A DNA stretch of 64,000 bases from Christensenellales bacterium (GTDB taxonomy: Bacteria; Bacillota; Clostridia; Christensenellales; UBA1242). The translations under genes were made by a program, and so were the position numbers. A model generated the notes under the pieces. It saw only the letters and a list, made by a program, of their open reading frames with translations. It was not told where the DNA came from and ran no database searches. The stretch is from NCBI GenBank assembly GCA_051889995.1, contig JBJFDL010000002.1, positions 239,927 to 303,926 on the forward strand. Reading direction: 5' to 3'. This document shows positions 41,849 through 51,962 of this stretch, one piece after another; the stretch's first letter is position 1; every line of letters begins with the position of its first letter.

Positions 41849-42709
41849 TTAACTATTACTTTTTAGATAATTTTCATATTTTTTCAACATTCTTGTCATA
41901 GCTTTATCTTCTTTATTTATTAAATTTTTTGCCTCTTTTATTGAAACCCATTTTATTTCCGTAGACTCGTTTGACATTTCAAATTTTTTATCTTTTACAT
42001 AAAACAAAAAATTGATATCAAAATGTAAATGTTCGGGTTCATTCTTTTTTGCACTATAACTAATTCTTTGTACATCTATATCAAAAATTCTATTTGAGAT
42101 TAATAAACAATCTAAAATACCTGCTTCTTCACCAATTTCTCTACGAGCAACATTAATGCAATTACTTTCGCCATCACTGTGTCCACCGAATTGAAACCAC
42201 CAGCCTGTTTTTTTATGGTGATTAAGCAATACACTTCCTTTGCCGTCTACCACAAGTCCTCCAGCAGTAATGTGACCTTCTTTATTCGACCTATCATAAC
42301 AATTTGAATTATTACTCAAAAAATTAATTACTCGCTTCACATTTTCTTCTTCGGTTTCGTCAAATGGTTTATAATTTTTAAGTTCTGTTAATAAATTAAA
42401 TTCGTGATAAATTACTTCTTTGCCTTTTGACAAGGCATAATTTATTTCATTTCTTGTAGAGTTTCCAATGTATCCACCAATATTTACAACATAAATTGCG
42501 TCTGATAGGTCTATCCTTTTTAAGTGCTCTTTTTCTATCAAATCAAATGTCTCTTTAGAAACATTGTTTACATTCGTATCATAAAGGCATTGTAAAACAC
42601 ACCATCCATTGTCTATCGCAAGATTGCCAGCAATTTTTTCCTTTTCTTGTATTGTCCCTTTTTTGCATTTTGTTTTAAATTGATTTTCTAATTCTTGAAT
42701 TAAATCCAT
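41849..42709 (-). CDS. nucleoside-deoxyribosyltransferase-like/DUF4406-like domain fused to a NUDIX hydrolase
   Basis: HLKRIDLSDAIYVVNIGGYIGNSTRNEINYA; GHITAG; GGHSDGESNCINVARREIGEEAG. Confidence 0.8.
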   Translation of the reverse strand: MDLIQELENQFKTKCKKGTIQEKEKIAGNLAIDNGWCVLQCLYDTNVNNVSKETFDLIEKEHLKRIDLSDAIYVVNIGGYIGNSTRNEINYALSKGKEVIYHEFNLLTELKNYKPFDETEEENVKRVINFLSNNSNCYDRSNKEGHITAGGLVVDGKGSVLLNHHKKTGWWFQFGGHSDGESNCINVARREIGEEAGILDCLLISNRIFDIDVQRISYSAKKNEPEHLHFDINFLFYVKDKKFEMSNESTEIKWVSIKEAKNLINKEDKAMTRMLKKYENYLKSNS

Positions 42710-42726
42710 AGTTTTTCCTTTCTTTT

Positions 42727-43409
42727 TTAAGGCTGAATGTCTACAACGCCATTGTAATTACAAATAAATTTCGTTTTGCAGTTATCTTCAATAACTTGAT
42801 ATGACTCTGGCCCACACTTCTCTATATATTTTGATTTATTGATAAAGTTTAACACAAAATATATTCTTCTGCTTCTGCTAATAGTAATAACAGTGTCCAA
42901 ACTAGGTAACCTTAAATTGTGTGAGTATTCTGGCTCGTTGAAGAACACAAAAACATCATTTTGTGGGATACCATCGCTTCTTGTTTCAACAAGTTTTTTC
43001 AAAACATAGGCAAAGCCTTCTTGCACACAAGTAACACATGGCTTTTCGTTGAAGTTTTTAAAATCTTCATCTTGATTTAACTCAGTCAAAAAGTGATAAT
43101 TGTGCTTATAATTATCCTCTGTTCCGTTTAAAATTTTTATTAAATTTTTTGGCACACAATTTAAAAATAGTAACGATGGCTTATTTTTTACTTCGGAACA
43201 AATTTCCATAAATTTTTGTATGTAATCTTCAAAATTCATTGAATGGTTCAAGGTTTCATCATAATTTTTGAAGTCCTTATCAAGTTCAAAAATAGTATGA
43301 TTTAATTTATTTGTAAAATAAAGTTCTCCATTTTCTTCTACAAAAAATTGCCTCTAAGGTCTAAGCCTTTCAATTCTTCTTTTTTAACTTTAACTATATT
43401 TGATTCCAT
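42727..43409 (-). pseudogene. degenerate TraG/VirD4 C-terminal-like protein, frameshifted near the 5' end
   Basis: AGGAG RBS at ATG 43409. FFNE...LPSLDTVITISRSRRIYFVL...CG...IEDNC resembles the coupling-protein C-terminus. Confidence 0.45.
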
Positions 43410-43419
43410 AGTATACTCC

Positions 43420-43929
43420 TTATTTGCTTTGCGTTTTATAGGCTTTAAAATTTTGATAGTAAAAACCCCATTTTTCTAAAATTGCACTACAAATTAATTG
43501 GTAAAAATCATTTGTATTATTTTCTTTGTCTAATTTCCTAACAAATTTTCTTATAGTTGATCTATCTTGATTTGGAGTATTTATAACATTTTCGATAGAT
43601 TTCAAATTATTTATAAACTCATCAAAAGAATTTGCAACTTTCTCTAAACTTTCCCAATCGTCATGCATCATAGAATAAATAGGAAAGCCCTCCGTGCCAG
43701 CATCAGCAATAATAGGATCTCCAAGATCTTCGTCAAATCCTATTACATAGAAATTTTCGCCCACTAAAGTATTCCAATCGTCAATTGGCTCATTTTTAAG
43801 CGGATTAAATCTATATCCTTCTTGAGCCTGATTGAAATCATCAGCGTCAACAATTTCAATTTGTTCTCTTTCTATTATTTTGAAAACTCTATAATCGTTT
43901 GCTTTTAGTTTTTTTATTAATTTTTCCAT
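43420..43929 (-). CDS. SMI1/KNR4 (SUKH)-like immunity protein
   Basis: FYVIGFDEDLGDPII...PIY...HD...VANSFDEFINNL. Confidence 0.65.
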   Translation of the reverse strand: MEKLIKKLKANDYRVFKIIEREQIEIVDADDFNQAQEGYRFNPLKNEPIDDWNTLVGENFYVIGFDEDLGDPIIADAGTEGFPIYSMMHDDWESLEKVANSFDEFINNLKSIENVINTPNQDRSTIRKFVRKLDKENNTNDFYQLICSAILEKWGFYYQNFKAYKTQSK

Positions 43930-43938
43930 AAATTCCTC

Positions 43939-44451
43939 CTAGACTAATCCTATTATAGCATATAAATTGTAAATTTGTTTTCTTAAACTATTTGCCTCAA
44001 TAATATTTTTTGCAAAAATTTTATTTGGATACAATTCCGATCGTGAGACACTCTGTGCTTTTGGCTTAAACTTTGTTGCATATTCAGTAATTACTTTTAA
44101 TGCATAGTTTAAAAAGTTTTCACATTTTATATTTTCATATAAACTATCAACATATTCACAAACTGAATTTACGATTTTAGGATAGTTTTCACTTGCTTTA
44201 AAAATTAGGTCTGGAGCAAGTGTTATCATATTTGGGCCATATTTTTTTATGTATTTAACCAAAACATCAATGCTTTCAAACTCTTTACTATTTATTTTTA
44301 ATACGAACCTCTTTTGTCTTGTTGTTGATACTGTAATGGGCTGGTCTAACATTATTGAAGATACTTGTTCCCAAAAGAAAATATCTTTTTGAATTAACAA
44401 ATTTCAATTTTTATTTTAGCAAATCTTTGTATTGCAAGAATAAGTTTCCAT
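43939..44451 (-). CDS. hypothetical protein (5' end possibly disrupted)
   Basis: 153 aa ORF inside a co-oriented run of genes. Confidence 0.45.
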
Positions 44452-44452
44452 T

Positions 44453-45011
44453 TTATAATTGTTTTATTTTTTCTACTATCTTTTCATAGAAGGGTATCAT
44501 GTAAGTTTCATCAGATTTGGCTATAAGTTCATCAAATATTAGCCAACCAATATTGCTATTTTCATCTTCTATAATATGTATAGCATTGTTTCATCGGCTT
44601 CAAGTAGATATGTAATATTAAGATGTTGATGTGCTGACACATATTTACCTTTTCTCACGTGGCTTTTAACAGGCAATATCTCAACAGATATTGGCATTTC
44701 ACTCACAACTTTAAATCTTTCTAGTGAAGTTCCTTCTTTCGTTTCTTTTTGTGGGACATAAAGCATATCGTCATCGCCATAAGCATGTCCGCCAACCAAA
44801 CTTCAAAATTTATAGATATTATGATAAATACAAAGAACTTTTGTGTGCTCTTTGTTTATTACAAATGCAGAAGATGTCAAGTGGCAAAATTGGTTTCCTT
44901 TTGTAAGAATATCTTCAAAAATTTCTTCTGCTTTTACAATCAAAGCAATATCTTCCTTTTCTTGTTCATTGTATGAAACATATTTTTTAACATTTCAATA
45001 GTTTTACTCAT
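44453..45011 (-). pseudogene. NUDIX hydrolase pseudogene
   Basis: HF.SSAFV, YHNIY, GGHAYGDDD, HVRKGKYVSAHQHLNITYLLEADE, with stops and frameshifts. Confidence 0.75.
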
Positions 45012-45292
45012 ATAAATTTCTCTCGCAAATATTATAACATAAATTTTCTATATTTGTTTATATATTTTAAAATATTTTGAAGTAATACAAATTTTACTAA
45101 ATAGACGATTAAAGTATTAAATTATTTAGATATTTTAAAACCAATCAAACTACTCAAAATACTACATTTGCTATCAAGTGCTGTCAAATTCAAAAGGCAA
45201 AAGACAGAAAATATTTTTTATCTCTTAAAATGCTTTTATTTATCTATGGCTTTAAAATTTAGAGCTCACACTCTTGATATCCAGGGCTCGTT

Positions 45293-45592
45293 CTTGGTAA
45301 GACAAGGAAAGCACTACTTTGACCACTTTTAAAACTTAATATTTCTCCATTTTTGGAGCTATGCTGATGTAGCTCAGCAGGTAGAGCACTGCCTTGGTAA
45401 GGCTTAGTTGGCACTCTCAAAAAGTCACAAAAACAACTAAAAATATAGCACATGCTGTTATGGCTCAGTAGGTAGAGCACCACCTTGGTAAGACAAGGAA
45501 ATAGCATTTTTGAACAATTTTACAACTTAATATTTACTCCATTTTGGAGCTATGCTGATGTAGCTCAGCAGGTAGAGCACTGCCTTGGTAAG
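45293..45592 (+). repeat. array of CTTGGTAAG core + spacer + tRNA-Thr 5'-half units
   Basis: Cores start at 45293, 45393, 45484, 45584. tRNA 5' halves start at 45363, 45454, 45554. Confidence 0.9.
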
Positions 45593-45629
45593 GCAGAGGT
45601 CACGGGTTCAAGTCCCGTCATCAGCTCCA
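45554..45629 (+). tRNA. tRNA-Thr(GGT), intact
   Basis: GCTGATG/CATCAGC acceptor stem, CTGCC-TTGGTAA-GGCAG anticodon arm, GGTTCAAGTCC T-arm, encoded CCA. Confidence 0.96.
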
Positions 45630-45719
45630 ATCATTAACCTTTGAAAAACCTTTATATTTAGGGCAATTCAAAGGTTTTTTATTTTTCAAAATTTTGAGTA
45701 AATTTTTGCTCAAAAAATA

Positions 45720-45854
45720 TTTGCTGTCAATTTTTGGAGCAATTGCTGTCAAAAAAGAGACAAAAAAATAGACCGATAGTCAGAATTTGAACTATCGGTC
45801 TAAATTGTTCTAATACTATACTAAACTGATATATTTGCTGTCAATTGCTGTCAA
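45720..45854 (+). repeat. arm-type repeats (TTGCTGTCAA x4) and hairpin at the element left end
   Basis: Copies near 45720, 45743, 45834, 45845. Hairpin TAGACCGATAGT...ACTATCGGTCTA. Confidence 0.75.
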
Positions 45855-46663
45855 ACTATAATTTTTGAATTTATATCAATTTCAATCACATCTTCAATTA
45901 AAACATTTTTCTCTTCGGTATAAAATTCGTATTCTACTTGTTCACTATTTTCAAAGTCTATCCTGTTAAATATATTGTCTATTAATATGCTTAATCCATA
46001 TTCTACAATTTGTGTCGGATATAGTTTTAAAACGATTAAATATGGTTTGCTTAAATTATTAAGTTTATCTCCTAATGGTGAGTTTTCAATACAAAAATAC
46101 TGTATTTCGCCACCATAGTTGTCATAAAAATTAAATAAACCACTATCAATACTATAAGAAATATTTACATTTCCTAGGGTTACCCATAATTGATTTTCTC
46201 GCATATTGTCTTGTTTTAATAGCAGGTGATGTTCTTTTAAGAATTCAGATTCCTTTTCATCAATATAACCATCGTTTAACAAATTTTGTATTCTATCAAG
46301 AAGATTATATTTCGAAGATGTTTTTAATCCGTATTTACAAATTCTATCCTTTTCTTTATCGGTATATCTTGATGCGTGAAAACAAATAAGTGGTTTGTTT
46401 TCTTTTAATAAAATATTATGAAATTTCTTTTTTAAATCACAGAAAGCATCATAATATTCATTTTTTAAATCAAAGATCTCATAAATTCTATTTTCTCGTT
46501 TATATTGCTCTTTTAATTCATAAATCTCTTTCTCTTTTTTTCTATATTCTTCAATAATCTCATAATTATCTTTTATCAGCTTTTTTAAAGAATTTGTCCA
46601 CGTATCAAAACAATTAATAATAATTTCATCTTTATTCTTGTATTTTCTTACTTCTAAATCCAT
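45851..46663 (-). CDS. hypothetical protein, possible ADP-ribosyltransferase-like fold
   Basis: CFHASR......ICKYGLK and YGGE motifs; probable leaderless start (TATAAT 6 nt upstream of ATG 46663). Confidence 0.6.
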   Translation of the reverse strand: MDLEVRKYKNKDEIIINCFDTWTNSLKKLIKDNYEIIEEYRKKEKEIYELKEQYKRENRIYEIFDLKNEYYDAFCDLKKKFHNILLKENKPLICFHASRYTDKEKDRICKYGLKTSSKYNLLDRIQNLLNDGYIDEKESEFLKEHHLLLKQDNMRENQLWVTLGNVNISYSIDSGLFNFYDNYGGEIQYFCIENSPLGDKLNNLSKPYLIVLKLYPTQIVEYGLSILIDNIFNRIDFENSEQVEYEFYTEEKNVLIEDVIEIDINSKIIV

Positions 46664-46701
46664 ATAAATATTATAACACAAAATATGTCAATAGTATATA
46701 T

Positions 46702-48057
46702 CTACATCTCAAAATCTTTTTCTTTTCTCTTTTTCTTTCGTTCAAGTTCTCTAATCATTCTGTCTATTTCTTCGTCAGTTAGTTCAGGTTCTTCTGGATT
46801 TTCAATTTCTTTCTCTTTTTGTTGTTCTTGAATTCTAGTGTTTAGTCGGTCGGTTGCTTCTCTTACATAATCATTATTAACAGAGTTGTAGACCGTGATT
46901 GTTGTTTTAACATCTCGGTGTCCCAATAATTGTTGAATAACCTTGGGATTTTCGTTTAATTCAAATAGCATATTTGAAAATGTATGTCGTAGTCCGTGAA
47001 AGTGAATATTGAATTTATTAAGATTATTTCTTCGTTTAAATCTATCAAAGATTTTACGAGTTCCTGAATAAGTCCTATAACTACCATCATCGTTGGCAAA
47101 TACAAAAGATGTTGGAGATGTTAATATAGCTGTTACATCGGCATTGGTTTGCTGTCTTTCATTTTGTTTGTCTTTCCATTGTTTTAGGGTTTCTATAACT
47201 ATATCCGTTACAGGTATCTCTCTAACACTACAAGTTGTTTTCGTGTCACCAATAACTGTTACTCGGTCTTTAATATTACCTTGTTCGTCAAACTTTGGAA
47301 CTTGGGTTATTGCTCGTTCAACCCTTATTGTTTTGTTGTTAAAATCTATGTTTTTCCACTTTAATGCAAGAGCTTCGCCAATGCGAAGTCCTGCAAACAT
47401 AAGAGTAATACAAAGTGGTTTTATAAAGTTGGCTTCATCTTTATTTAATGCTTCTAAAAACTTATCTCTAATCTCTGGTGGCAAAGCTTTGTATTTCTCA
47501 TCGTTATCTTCTTCGTATATATTTCTTTTGCCTTTAACTTTTACTTTAAGAGTTGGATTAACGACAATCCATTTATTGTCTATTGCATACTCAAAAAATT
47601 GATTTAATAGGTGTTTGCATTTCTTAATAGTATCTGTGCTATAGCCTTGGTCAAGTAAAGTATTAACTAATTTTTGTATAGCATAGTTATCTATCTCATA
47701 AACTTTCATTTTGCCGATTAGTGGGGCAATATGCAGTTTAAAGTTTCTAATATTACCTTCAAAAGTTCGTGGACTTACAGAACTCTTTTTAAAGGTCATA
47801 AGATATTCAAACATCAAAGTTTCCAAGTTATTATTTTCAACTAATTCATAAGAATTGCTTTTTAATCTGCCACTAATTTCAGATAACTTTTTAACAACTT
47901 CTGCTTGTGTTTTTCCATATATTGTTTTGCGAATTATCTTTCCATTTTCATCATAGCCAAGTGTTAAAGCTCCGCCCCAACGACCATCACTTCTTTGAAA
48001 AATACTGCCTTCATTATTTGCTCTGCGAGTTTTACTTACTGCTTTCTTTTTAGCCAT
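46702..48057 (-). CDS. int: tyrosine recombinase / integrase
   Basis: RRANNEGSIFQRSDGRW arm-binding N-terminus; GLRIGEALAL, HGLRHTF, LLGH, VYN. Confidence 0.96.
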   Translation of the reverse strand: MAKKKAVSKTRRANNEGSIFQRSDGRWGGALTLGYDENGKIIRKTIYGKTQAEVVKKLSEISGRLKSNSYELVENNNLETLMFEYLMTFKKSSVSPRTFEGNIRNFKLHIAPLIGKMKVYEIDNYAIQKLVNTLLDQGYSTDTIKKCKHLLNQFFEYAIDNKWIVVNPTLKVKVKGKRNIYEEDNDEKYKALPPEIRDKFLEALNKDEANFIKPLCITLMFAGLRIGEALALKWKNIDFNNKTIRVERAITQVPKFDEQGNIKDRVTVIGDTKTTCSVREIPVTDIVIETLKQWKDKQNERQQTNADVTAILTSPTSFVFANDDGSYRTYSGTRKIFDRFKRRNNLNKFNIHFHGLRHTFSNMLFELNENPKVIQQLLGHRDVKTTITVYNSVNNDYVREATDRLNTRIQEQQKEKEIENPEEPELTDEEIDRMIRELERKKKRKEKDFEM

Positions 48058-48316
48058 TTTGCACCTCGCTTGTATTGTTGTTTAGAGTGAGCCATGTAAC
48101 AAAATTTAGCACACTCACAACTTGTCTTTTGCCAACTTTCGTTGTAGGGAAATTTTTACTTCTCATCAAATTTCTAACGTTATCTCTTCCAAGACCTGTG
48201 ATTTTAATAAGGTCTTCACAATCAAGAAAATCTTTATTGTATTTAGTTGTTAAGCGGTCAACTTCCGACTGTATTAAGTTGTTAATATTTAGTTGTTGGT
48301 TGTTATTAAAATTCAT
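48050..48316 (-). CDS. excisionase-like HTH DNA-binding protein
   Basis: FLDCEDLIKITGLGRDNVRNLM...FPTTKVGKR; overlaps the int start. Confidence 0.75.
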   Translation of the reverse strand: MNFNNNQQLNINNLIQSEVDRLTTKYNKDFLDCEDLIKITGLGRDNVRNLMRSKNFPTTKVGKRQVVSVLNFVTWLTLNNNTSEVQNG

Positions 48317-48629
48317 TTAGTTCTCCTCGTAAAATTAAATATTTTTTGTTCAGTTCTATAAAGGTATTTTCTATATCTAAATTTTTGAGAAAGAACGACT
48401 AATAAGTCCTAACTTCTTTCTGCTTTTCAATAAATCTCTTTTGTAAATCTTCTTGCTTTTCGCAGAAATAATCGGTGTTCGGGTATCCCGACAGCCGAAA
48501 GAATGAGTAGAAATCACTAAAATTTAAGCGAGTCTCTAAAAAGTCCTATTTTATAGGGCTTTTACACACATAAATCTTTTATTGTTTCTACCTTATGCTC
48601 TATACTAAATATCTACCAAAAACACTATT

Positions 48630-49829
48630 CTACATCTCAAAATCACTAGATAAATAGCCTTCATCTATGAGTGTTTTAATTCGCATTTCTTCAAGTTTTC
48701 TCATATAGTCTTGAAAGCACTTAATTGCTTCGTATTCACACTTTGAATTTAGATACATACAATGTTCAAGTTCTTTCCAAAGTTTGTCTTTTTGCATTCG
48801 TTTTTGGACTACATATTTTGCGTTAAGTTTTAATCTTTCAATCTCTTGACCTTTCAAACTTTTTGCACTTTCAATCACCAAATTTCCAAGTCTGCGATAC
48901 AAATCTTTTGTATACTTTTCACTCAAATTTTGTTGTGGTTTTGGGGCACCATTTCGCTTGCAATAACTATCTACAAGTTTTTGTTTTTCACTAACAAGGT
49001 CATCAAAATCATTTTTGTAAATGCTAATATCAACATTGTGGGAGATGATATAGTTTGAAATGTTATCAATATTTGGTTTGAGTTTTTGCATATTATCGCA
49101 GTCGTAAAATGTGTGTCCTTGCTCTGGAAATTGGTTTGCTAGGTCTAGTAGCATTTGCTTTAATTTAAGCCCAGAAACATCGCTTAATCGCTCTTTAACA
49201 CTCTTTGTTAGTCTTAACCTTATTTCTTTCTCACGAGCCTTAAAACCGGTTGCAGAGAGTTCAATATTGGCTTTCAAAAAATCCATTGCATTATTTGAAA
49301 TATAACCACGAGAAAAATGTTTTTCTTTATTCTTCATTCTTTGTGGTTCTTTCTCAAAAAACAACAAATGAATATGCCTATTATCTGTGTTCTCGTGCAG
49401 TCCAGCAAACCATTCAATGTTGTCGGGGTTTAGTCCAGCTCGTTTAAAATATTTAGGTAGTTCGCTTTTTACAAGGGAATATGCCTGCTCATAACAGCCA
49501 CACCATTTTTTACCAAAGTTCTCTTCAAAGGAAATAATGCCAGACCAAATAACAGATTTGGTTTCTCTTAAATTCTTTCTAAAATCTGCAATTTGTTCTT
49601 TGTTCATAAGTCCATTTTGGTTAAAGATTCCACTAGATTTTGTGCTGTTATTTGAATACTCCACAAAGTCCAATTTTTCTAAATCTTTAATACCTGTGGC
49701 GACATATTTTAGATAATCGTCATACTTGTTAGATGAGTAGTAATTTCGCTTGTCTTGATTGGTTTTATCTTTGTAGTTCGGCAAAAAGAACTCTTGCTTA
49801 TAAACCACATTTGGAACTTTATCTGACAT
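48630..49829 (-). CDS. MobL-type (MOBP-like) relaxase
   Basis: YLKY, WSGIISFE, WFAGLHENTDNRHIHLLFFE (HUH). Confidence 0.85.
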   Translation of the reverse strand: MSDKVPNVVYKQEFFLPNYKDKTNQDKRNYYSSNKYDDYLKYVATGIKDLEKLDFVEYSNNSTKSSGIFNQNGLMNKEQIADFRKNLRETKSVIWSGIISFEENFGKKWCGCYEQAYSLVKSELPKYFKRAGLNPDNIEWFAGLHENTDNRHIHLLFFEKEPQRMKNKEKHFSRGYISNNAMDFLKANIELSATGFKAREKEIRLRLTKSVKERLSDVSGLKLKQMLLDLANQFPEQGHTFYDCDNMQKLKPNIDNISNYIISHNVDISIYKNDFDDLVSEKQKLVDSYCKRNGAPKPQQNLSEKYTKDLYRRLGNLVIESAKSLKGQEIERLKLNAKYVVQKRMQKDKLWKELEHCMYLNSKCEYEAIKCFQDYMRKLEEMRIKTLIDEGYLSSDFEM

Positions 49830-50280
49830 CTATGAGCTCCCTTAAAATTCTATCTCGTTCGCCTTCAATGCCATTTTCATCTAGTGGGTCATACTTCCAA
49901 CCTTGCGAGTAAACATTTAGGTTTATTGGGCTTTGTTTGTTAAGTAGTTTAGTGATTAGGTTTAGCAGTGCTTGATTTACTCTCACATTTGCATTAGTGT
50001 CCACAAAGTCCATTTTTTGATTTGCAGATATGGTTGTAAGTTTGTCGTTTATTTCTTGCAAACTTTTTCTAATCTCGCTGAAATTTATGCTTTGGTTTAG
50101 TGCGTTATCTCCAAGCATTTTATCTGCACCTAGCAAAGCAAAATATTTCATAGCATCGTTTAGGCTATCAAACTTGTCCTTAAACCTTTCAAGTGCTCGC
50201 TTAAAAATCTCATGCTCATCTTGATTGTAAACTCTTATCATATATTGAGTTTTCAAATCTTTTGTTTTAATTCTAGCCAT
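49819..50280 (-). CDS. putative relaxosome accessory (MobC-like) protein
   Basis: Overlaps the relaxase start; possible ribbon-helix-helix N-terminus; GGAGG RBS. Confidence 0.55.
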   Translation of the reverse strand: MARIKTKDLKTQYMIRVYNQDEHEIFKRALERFKDKFDSLNDAMKYFALLGADKMLGDNALNQSINFSEIRKSLQEINDKLTTISANQKMDFVDTNANVRVNQALLNLITKLLNKQSPINLNVYSQGWKYDPLDENGIEGERDRILRELIDVR

Positions 50281-50289
50281 TTTAGCCTC

Positions 50290-50900
50290 CTAATTATTTT
50301 CTAGTCTTTCTACATCTCTTTCTATATCTAATTAAAGGGGCAATGATTTTTTTGTTTGCTTTTACATTCTAAAAATCCTCCTTTTTGTTAAATTTGCTTG
50401 CACGAGAAGAACTACCTAACTAACAATAGGCGATATTTCGTTTTATCTCTTTCTACTAAAACTCTAACAAGAAAAAACCAAATCAAACTTGCGACTTCTC
50501 AATCGAATTTCTTTCTTTATCAAATTTTCTTTCTTTATCTAACAAAACAAGAAAAATATATATTTTTATATTATTATATATACAAGAGTGAGCATAGGTG
50601 AACTTGCTTATTTTTTCTTTGTTAGATATAAAATAGTGTTTTTCAAGTTTATTGGTTAGGAATGCAAGGTTGGTATCATTTTTCTTTGTTAGAAATTATT
50701 ATCTTTCTACAAAAACAAAAATACAATGCGAGAACAAAACATTGTATTTTCCCTACACTATATAGCGATTTATTGCACTTTTTGCACCAGATTTTTTGCA
50801 TTTTTGCTTGTTTTTGAGTAGTGTTAGCACAACAAAACAAAAAAATTTATCAAAAAATGCCCGTAAATACAGGCATTCGCAATTTTCGACAAAAAAAGTT
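50290..50900. other. repeat-rich intergenic region, candidate oriT/ori
   Basis: TCTAACAA.AAAA motifs in both orientations, TCTTTCTAC repeats, hairpin AAATACAATG...CATTGTATTT; lies upstream of the mob genes. Confidence 0.45.
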
Positions 50901-50941
50901 TTGTAAAAATGGTCAAAAAGTAGTTGTCTAGGTTGTAGTTT

Positions 50942-51847
50942 TCACCCCAAAATATTCTTTCTCACATGGTGCAAACCTTTATTTGTCTTAAAGTCCCTTA
51001 TTCGCTTTGGTGCAATGGATAGTTTAATCCATCTAAAACCCTTATTGCAAGGCAAACATTCATCTAATTTGTATAGCACAAAGTAGCACTTGATTTTTTT
51101 AAACTTTGGTTTTGTATGCAAGTAGTCATCAATTTTATAATATCTGTGTTTTGATGAGTGTTCAAAGATTATTCCTTGATATTTGTCTTGCAAGTTCTTT
51201 GAAAACACTTTTTCTGTTATCTCTATTGAAAACCCTTCAATGTTGTTTTTTGAATACACTTCTTTGTGTGGTAGGGTAAAAGTAAAATCTTTGATATTTC
51301 TAACTTTGTATTTCACTTTGCTTTCGTCATAGTCAGTTCTTGCAATAACATACCATTCATTATTCTTTTGTGCGAGATATATAACTTGCAAATATGAATT
51401 CTTTACAAGCACATTGCTTTCATATTGTTTGATTGTTATGTATGAATTTTTTGTTTGTTTTCCTTTTATTGTTTTGTTTGTCTGCCTTTCAACATATCCG
51501 CCATCAATCAAAAACTTAACATCATTTTGTATTGTTCGTTCTGTCACTCCAAACTTGATTGCAAGATTTTCTACTGCAATTTTTTTACCTTCCAAATACT
51601 TAAAGTAGTTCCACAATTTCTCTCGGCGAATTGATTTCCTGAAAACTTTTCTAACGTCATCTTTTTCATATCCACCATCATATTTACCATCAATTTCATA
51701 TTCGTCATAGTGAGTAGAGTCGTAATAAAGTTTAACACCACGCTTGCCTTTGATGTATGTTCTTTCAAGTTTTTTAATCTTTCTATCTTTACCTTTTGGA
51801 TTGATATATTCCAGTCCAGAGAAACATTTTGTTTTTAATATACTCAT
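50942..51847 (-). CDS. winged-HTH domain protein (possible replication/regulatory protein)
   Basis: ENLAIKFGVTERTIQNDVKFLIDGGYVER. Confidence 0.65.
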   Translation of the reverse strand: MSILKTKCFSGLEYINPKGKDRKIKKLERTYIKGKRGVKLYYDSTHYDEYEIDGKYDGGYEKDDVRKVFRKSIRREKLWNYFKYLEGKKIAVENLAIKFGVTERTIQNDVKFLIDGGYVERQTNKTIKGKQTKNSYITIKQYESNVLVKNSYLQVIYLAQKNNEWYVIARTDYDESKVKYKVRNIKDFTFTLPHKEVYSKNNIEGFSIEITEKVFSKNLQDKYQGIIFEHSSKHRYYKIDDYLHTKPKFKKIKCYFVLYKLDECLPCNKGFRWIKLSIAPKRIRDFKTNKGLHHVRKNILG

Positions 51848-51962
51848 AATTAAATTATATCATAAAACTGTTCGTTTTGCACTTGTAAATTAGAAAATTC
51901 GTTTTTGTAGCTAAATAAAAGTAGTGCTAGCGTTTAGCACTACTTTTAATAAAATATTGTGA

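Larger units (their letters stand above)
28928..45301. mobile_element. decayed tRNA-Thr-targeted island (no intact integrase)
   Basis: Bounded by the tRNA 3'-half remnant and by a right-end sequence (45167-45301) homologous to 57977-58112; contains many pseudogenes. Confidence 0.55.

Noticed and set aside
45259-45507. 82 aa ORF-track ORF on the minus strand
   Set aside because: Antisense to the tRNA-half array with no RBS; most likely spurious.
45293-45629. CRISPR array (regular repeat-spacer pattern)
   Set aside because: The repeats are tRNA-Thr 5' halves, spacers 1 and 3 are homologous to each other, and no cas genes are present.
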